Shown: positions 59,325 to 64,000 of the stretch, piece by piece
Layout: each line of letters opens with the position of its first letter
Numbering within the stretch: position 1 is the first letter of the stretch
Origin: an uncultured cyanobacterium
GTDB lineage: Bacteria; Cyanobacteriota; Cyanobacteriia; Pseudanabaenales; Pseudanabaenaceae
Direction of reading: 5' to 3'
DNA: 64,000 bases
NCBI GenBank assembly: GCA_963703315.1
Contig: OY969811.1
Span: forward strand, 4,288,001-4,352,000
The notes under the pieces: generated by a model
What the model saw: only the letters and a program-made list of their open reading frames with translations
What the model was told of the DNA's origin: nothing
The model's database searches: none
Made by a program: the position numbers and the translations under genes

Positions 59325-59918
59325 TTAGCTAGAAAGTTGCCAACGTTGTGGTTGCCAAATATGGGTAGGAATACTGGATAAGATAATTTCAATGGGAGTA
59401 TACTCGTTCTCCTTAATATTCGCTACTGTTTGATTTATTTTTATTGTCGAGTTTGCGGCGGCGATCGCAGGAGATGGGAGATTGGATCTCCCTGATGAGC
59501 GCCCTGACAAACCGAGATCCAATTCTTGATACTCATCGATGGTCAGACTGCCAGCCACGCGATCGACAATGATCCCCACCCCACCAAGCTGTGTGTTGCT
59601 CAACTCATCAGCAATCTTACTCAGCCGCACCACAGTTAAAGATTCTGTGATTAAGGTGCGTTGCTCGCCTATTAATAGTCTTAACAACAGCAAAGGCATA
59701 ATACTCGCCTGATGATGCGTTACACCAATGATTGCAGCTTCGTAAAATGGTAAAGCCAGAATTGAGTTGCGCTCCAGAATGATAATTTCGGAAACCAATA
59801 CATCAGGAAAAGTAATTGAGCGATCGCCAACTTTTGCCAAAATATATCGGTTACTAGGCGCAATTAGCTGACTAGTTTTTTGGGGTTGACTGGCTTGGCT
59901 GATCTCCGAAATACTCAT
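59325..59918 (-). CDS. cheW: CheW-like adaptor
   Basis: V.EI......I.ALPFYE.AIIGV.HHQ..I.PL; GIIVDRV.G; operon position. Confidence 0.8.
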   Translation of the reverse strand: MSISEISQASQPQKTSQLIAPSNRYILAKVGDRSITFPDVLVSEIIILERNSILALPFYEAAIIGVTHHQASIMPLLLLRLLIGEQRTLITESLTVVRLSKIADELSNTQLGGVGIIVDRVAGSLTIDEYQELDLGLSGRSSGRSNLPSPAIAAANSTIKINQTVANIKENEYTPIEIILSSIPTHIWQPQRWQLSS

Positions 59919-60292
59919 TTCACCTGTTGTGGTAGTTTTTGCAATACCTCGGACAAGGACTCACGGCTGACAGGTTTTGGCAAGTAGTCGTTAGCTTTGG
60001 CACGTCTTAAACCGTAGTCAATTTCCAGTTTGGTACTTTTAGTAGAGCAGAGAATCACATATTGGTCAGCAATCTGACGATGCGATCGCACCTCGCGGAG
60101 AAATCTATAACCATCTTGATCTGGCAGGACGATATCTAAAAATACAGCAGCGTAGTGATTACTAGTAATTTTCTCTAAAGCACCAATAGTTGATTCACAG
60201 ACATCGACAATATGTCCGAGATCTTGCAAGAAAGAACTTAGTAAGTGCCTTTGAGTTGCAGAATCATCAATTATTAAAAAACGTTCACTCAT
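59915..60292 (-). CDS. Single-domain CheY-like response regulator
   Basis: IIDDS, FLDIVLPDQDG, CST, YLPKP; start trimmed to the ATG at 60292. Confidence 0.9.
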   Translation of the reverse strand: MSERFLIIDDSATQRHLLSSFLQDLGHIVDVCESTIGALEKITSNHYAAVFLDIVLPDQDGYRFLREVRSHRQIADQYVILCSTKSTKLEIDYGLRRAKANDYLPKPVSRESLSEVLQKLPQQVK

Positions 60293-60480
60293 AATTTTAA
60301 TGTGCAACTTTAAATAGTTATTTGGCAGTGATTGGAATGCAACGACTTAAGTATAAAAATATCTATTTAGCTTTATACCGTAAGCATATTCTGGATTTTG
60401 ATTTGGTTCTAATATGACTGGTTATATCAGCAACGTGATTAGCAAAAAGATGATTTCTAGCAAATAGATGGATCGAAATT

Positions 60481-61698
60481 TTAGACTAGCCTATCGGTCG
60501 ATAAAGGTGCAAGCTCTCTCAACAAGTTACGCAATTCCTCGCGGAATTTTGGTGAATCCGATGCTGAGCGTGGCTTCGCGAGAAATCGACTATTTGCCCA
60601 TCTTGCCCGAAAGTTATTCGTCATACTGTTTTCAGCAGTAACTAATACTAGAGATAGCGAAGATAGCTCTCGCTGACGACGGATTTGTTTAATTAGATCA
60701 AAGCCATTAAGACTTGGCATATTGATGTCAATAAATACAATCGTTGGTTTGTAGTTTAAGATTTTTTCAGTTGCTAGTTCAGCATTATCTGTAGAGTCAA
60801 CTTGATAGCCCCAACTAGTCAATAAACGTTGCATTTGTTGCAATAAAACAGGCGAATCATCAACGATAAAAACCTTAGGCTCGTCCTTAGAAATTTTTGG
60901 TGCGGTTATTTGAGAGCGATTGCCAATATCACTATCTGACTTGCGTTCTGGTAGTGGCACAATTGATACGATATCTTTTTGCGCTAATTTATCTAACAAT
61001 AAGGCAGTGCGATAAATTGGTTGTTTAAATGTATCAGCGATCGCGCAAATCCGATCTTGCCCCGTAGTGACCTTTGCAAACAGTGGAAAGTTATCATTAC
61101 CAACCCTAGCTAACAAATTTGCGGCATCAATGAGCTGGACTAATTGATAAGGATGTTTGATGCGTTCAAATTTTTGCCATTGGCGCACTTCGTTGGCGAT
61201 CGTACTTTCCAATGCAGATAGCTGCCAAACTGGCAGATTAATTTGTAAGTCATTAGCTGGCTTCCAGACAAAAGAAAAACCATCTTCTAAATGCAATGCT
61301 AACAAGTTTTCTAAGATAATTTCCTTGAGAACATCTTTAGTAATATCAGGATATTTCTTGTAAACATTACTCACAAACGGATAGCAGTAAGGTCGATTGG
61401 TTTGGCGTTGTTCCCACTCAGGAATGCGGGAAAAACTGACACCTTTATTAATATATTTGCGAACCAATGTTGGTATTACTTGACCTTCTTCTTCTGCTAA
61501 TACTAATCCTCCACCCGTAAGTAATAATTTCCACCGATGATATTTAGTCTCTACGCGGATCACTCCTGTAGATCGACTCATGACGCGCATAGCTGCTAAC
61601 AGGATATGTAATGTGGCATTCCTCACTACCTGTCCGTCCGTCAAGTTGTTAGACACAAGGTCTGATGAATTAGGCAAGGAACCTGTCATAGCAAGCAT
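60481..61698 (-). CDS. PatA-type response regulator (PATAN-like N-terminus plus REC)
   Basis: C-terminal IVDDS, FIDINMP.LNG, FLAKP; first gene of a PatA-CheY-CheW-MCP-MCP-CheA cluster. Confidence 0.82.
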   Translation of the reverse strand: MLAMTGSLPNSSDLVSNNLTDGQVVRNATLHILLAAMRVMSRSTGVIRVETKYHRWKLLLTGGGLVLAEEEGQVIPTLVRKYINKGVSFSRIPEWEQRQTNRPYCYPFVSNVYKKYPDITKDVLKEIILENLLALHLEDGFSFVWKPANDLQINLPVWQLSALESTIANEVRQWQKFERIKHPYQLVQLIDAANLLARVGNDNFPLFAKVTTGQDRICAIADTFKQPIYRTALLLDKLAQKDIVSIVPLPERKSDSDIGNRSQITAPKISKDEPKVFIVDDSPVLLQQMQRLLTSWGYQVDSTDNAELATEKILNYKPTIVFIDINMPSLNGFDLIKQIRRQRELSSLSLVLVTAENSMTNNFRARWANSRFLAKPRSASDSPKFREELRNLLRELAPLSTDRLV

Positions 61699-61907
61699 GG
61701 TTTTTGACTGGGAAGCACTTGGACAGCAAAAGTATTACAAAAAAACGGATCGCTCCAGATTAGATCGTAGCAACCTGAGACAAACTAGATTGGTTATCTA
61801 AGATACATTGCTTTAAATTTAACCTAGAAATCTCCTTGCACCTACAATAGGTCAGCAAAATAGCTGAGTAAATGGCGGCGCAAATCGCCTTCACTCATTT
61901 CTTTAGT

Positions 61908-61995
61908 TACAGCGCTTTGCGTTTTTCTGAAGTATGGGATTGTTTCCCCGCCTTCGGCGGGGAAACAATCCCATACTTCAGCGCTTTGCGCTATA
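61908..61995. repeat. Palindromic element (core 61927-61981), sister of 20086-20180
   Basis: ctgaagtatgggattgtttccccgcc-ttc-ggcggggaaacaatcccatacttcag. Confidence 0.9.
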
Positions 61996-62023
61996 TAACT
62001 AGTAAGACTATAAGAATTTATTT

Positions 62024-62884
62024 TTGATGAGTAGCGATCGCCGTTTAAAAGTTCTCTGTTTGCATGGACATCCCGGTAATAGCGAGGCAATGCAGATATT
62101 TGGACAACATTTTCAGGAGCAAGGAATAAAGGTAATTGCGCCAGATTTGCGCGGTTATGGAAATTGTCAGGCTAGCTCTAGCTTCACCATGTTGGATCAT
62201 ATAGAGGATCTCTGGGATTTATTGATGCGCGATCGCCAGTTAGAGCCAGATAGTGAATATTTAATTTTGGGATGGTCTTTGGGTGGAATTTTAGCGATCG
62301 AGTTGGCTCTGCGTATTTTTGAGGCACAAAATTTGCGATCGGTAAATAATCCTAGTCCGAAAATTATTGGCTTGATTTTAATTGCAACTGCCGCTAAGCC
62401 TCGCAGCAGTTTACCGAAAATTGCTTGGTGGGAATATCTCAATTTGGCGATCGCCGTAATTCTCCATTTACTCTTGTCCAAAATTGCCCCAAAAACCCGT
62501 TGGCATATTGATTGGTTTGGTAAGCGATCGCTGATCAAATATTTAATCCAGCAGCATACTCAGACTGCTTACGATCAAATTTCGACTACGGGGGCAAAAG
62601 CCTATTTACAAACTTCGCGCTATGCTCAAATCGCCTTAATCCAAGCCCTCAGACAAGGCTACGATCGCACCGCCGATTTAGCCAAAATTCAAATTCCTTG
62701 CTTAGCGATCGCCGCCGAGCAAGATCGCCATATTACGGCGGCGGCAACGGCGGAAACAGCTAAATTATTACCAAATTGCGAATTTATTTGTTACCCCAAT
62801 ACTGCCCATTTATTGCCTTGGGAAATTGGCGATCGCCTGCTAGCAGATATTGATGCATGGTGCAAAGTGTCATTTTCATTGTGA
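62024..62884 (+). CDS. Alpha/beta fold hydrolase
   Basis: LHGHPG, APDLRGYG, nucleophile elbow GWSLGG, D in EQDRH, H in TAHL. Confidence 0.9.
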   Translation: MMSSDRRLKVLCLHGHPGNSEAMQIFGQHFQEQGIKVIAPDLRGYGNCQASSSFTMLDHIEDLWDLLMRDRQLEPDSEYLILGWSLGGILAIELALRIFEAQNLRSVNNPSPKIIGLILIATAAKPRSSLPKIAWWEYLNLAIAVILHLLLSKIAPKTRWHIDWFGKRSLIKYLIQQHTQTAYDQISTTGAKAYLQTSRYAQIALIQALRQGYDRTADLAKIQIPCLAIAAEQDRHITAAATAETAKLLPNCEFICYPNTAHLLPWEIGDRLLADIDAWCKVSFSL

Positions 62885-62899
62885 AAATGACACTTTGCA
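62861..62899. terminator. Perfect palindrome overlapping the hydrolase 3' end
   Basis: tgcaaagtgtcattttca-ttg-tgaaaatgacactttgca. Confidence 0.7.
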
Positions 62900-62956
62900 T
62901 TACTTTCATTGTGATAATTTAAATCTATTGGCTTGCTTCAACATCTATAACAACCT

Positions 62957-64000
62957 ATGTTTCCCCAAAAATTTCTGACGAGAATGGCACAGATCCATCA
63001 GCTTTCTGCCGATCAGGAAAGTGTATTTCTCTTACGGTTTGGGGAAGATCGCGAAGATCGTGAAGTGGCAAGCTTTCTAGGGATTTCTGAAGAAGCCTAT
63101 CGCAAGCGGATGGGCGAAATTTATCGCAAGTTTGATATTAGTGGCAAAGGTCCGGGGAAAAACAACCGCCTCTTGCATATTTTACAAAATTACTTAGATG
63201 CGGAAACCACTTCCCAGAACGACCAGAACCTGACAAATCCATCATCTAGTGTCAAAATTGCTGACTCAAATATCGATATTGAGGAACTCGTCCAGCAATT
63301 ACGTTACCGCAGCCGCCAAGTCATTCAAGAACGTTGCGCCACAATGCGAGTCTTGGATATGTCGCATCCTATCGGTTTAGAAGAAATCTATACAGGAACC
63401 GATGTCTTAGAAAAAATTACTAGCCGTCGTCGTTTGGGAATTGCCGATCTATTGGCTACCTATCACGGGCGCGATCGCCTCGGCACATCAGCGATCGATG
63501 AAAGCCGCGTTTCGAGTATGGATGCGCTTAGCCGTTATAGCAAATTAATGTTGCTAGGCAAACCAGGGGCAGGTAAAACCACATTATTGAAATATACAGC
63601 CCTAAAATGCTCTCAGGGAGATATTTTTAGTGAGTTAGTGCCAGTTTTTGTGACCTTGCGACAATATGCGGGGGCAGAAGCTCAACCAAATCTCTTAGAT
63701 TATATTTCTCAAGACTTTCGCGCCTATAGCATTGGTGATGAACTAACGGTCAAACAACTGCTCCATCATGGTCGCGCCATTCTATTTCTCGATGGACTGG
63801 ATGAAGTTCGGGAAGATGATTTGCATCGCGTACTGGAAGATTTAAGAAGTTTTTCTGAGCAGTACTATAAAAATCGCTTTGTGATTACCAGTCGCTTGGG
63901 AGCGCAGGAATATGTGTTTGAGAAATTTACGGAAGTTGAGGTAGCGAACTTCCAGCCCTTGCAGATTTCCCATTTTGCTCAGCGTTGGTTTATTGGTAAT
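62957..64000 (+). CDS. HTH-NACHT NTPase (partial, runs off the window; absent from the ORF track)
   Basis: Manual translation MFPQKFL...VASFLGISEEAYRKRMGEIYRKF (LuxR/sigma4-like HTH), RC.TMRVLDM..PI.L..IY, Walker A LLGKPGAGKTT, Walker B FLDGLDEV, sensor VITSR. Confidence 0.88.
   Translation, partial: MFPQKFLTRMAQIHQLSADQESVFLLRFGEDREDREVASFLGISEEAYRKRMGEIYRKFDISGKGPGKNNRLLHILQNYLDAETTSQNDQNLTNPSSSVKIADSNIDIEELVQQLRYRSRQVIQERCATMRVLDMSHPIGLEEIYTGTDVLEKITSRRRLGIADLLATYHGRDRLGTSAIDESRVSSMDALSRYSKLMLLGKPGAGKTTLLKYTALKCSQGDIFSELVPVFVTLRQYAGAEAQPNLLDYISQDFRAYSIGDELTVKQLLHHGRAILFLDGLDEVREDDLHRVLEDLRSFSEQYYKNRFVITSRLGAQEYVFEKFTEVEVANFQPLQISHFAQRWFIGN

Overview
Chromosomal segment of a cyanobacterium. 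The evidence is very frequent HIP1 octamers (GCGATCGC), Uma2 nucleases, DUF2997/DUF1257, a PatA-type regulator and cyanobacterial rbp leader boxes; a filamentous Pseudanabaena-like host is my inference. It mixes housekeeping genes (sbcD, tatD, lpxD, dusA, purN, tRNA-Thr(CGT), fabG, rseP, typA, menF, prfA, rpmE, selO, hisI) with accessory blocks. (i) A defence/toxin-antitoxin cluster at the left edge starts with a small helical protein whose UGA stop is followed in frame, with no start codon, by a NACHT-type N-terminal motif, and a predicted H-type pseudoknot lies 8 nt after the stop. This candidate programmed stop-codon readthrough NLR system is the top finding. (ii) A CsbD/GlsB stress cluster. 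(iii) A second defence-like block with mazEF, two ABC-ATPase + TOPRIM-like pairs, Fic and Uma2. (iv) A six-gene chemosensory operon whose first receptor is a 2,000-aa MCP with an acidic repeat tail of about 1,200 aa. (v) A partial HTH-NACHT gene at the right edge. Most intergenic gaps hold long, near-perfect palindromes with GC-rich cores, several framed by TATAGC...GCTATA ends. No CRISPR array, rRNA, transposase or integrase was seen. All product calls come from motif recognition by eye, not from database searches.
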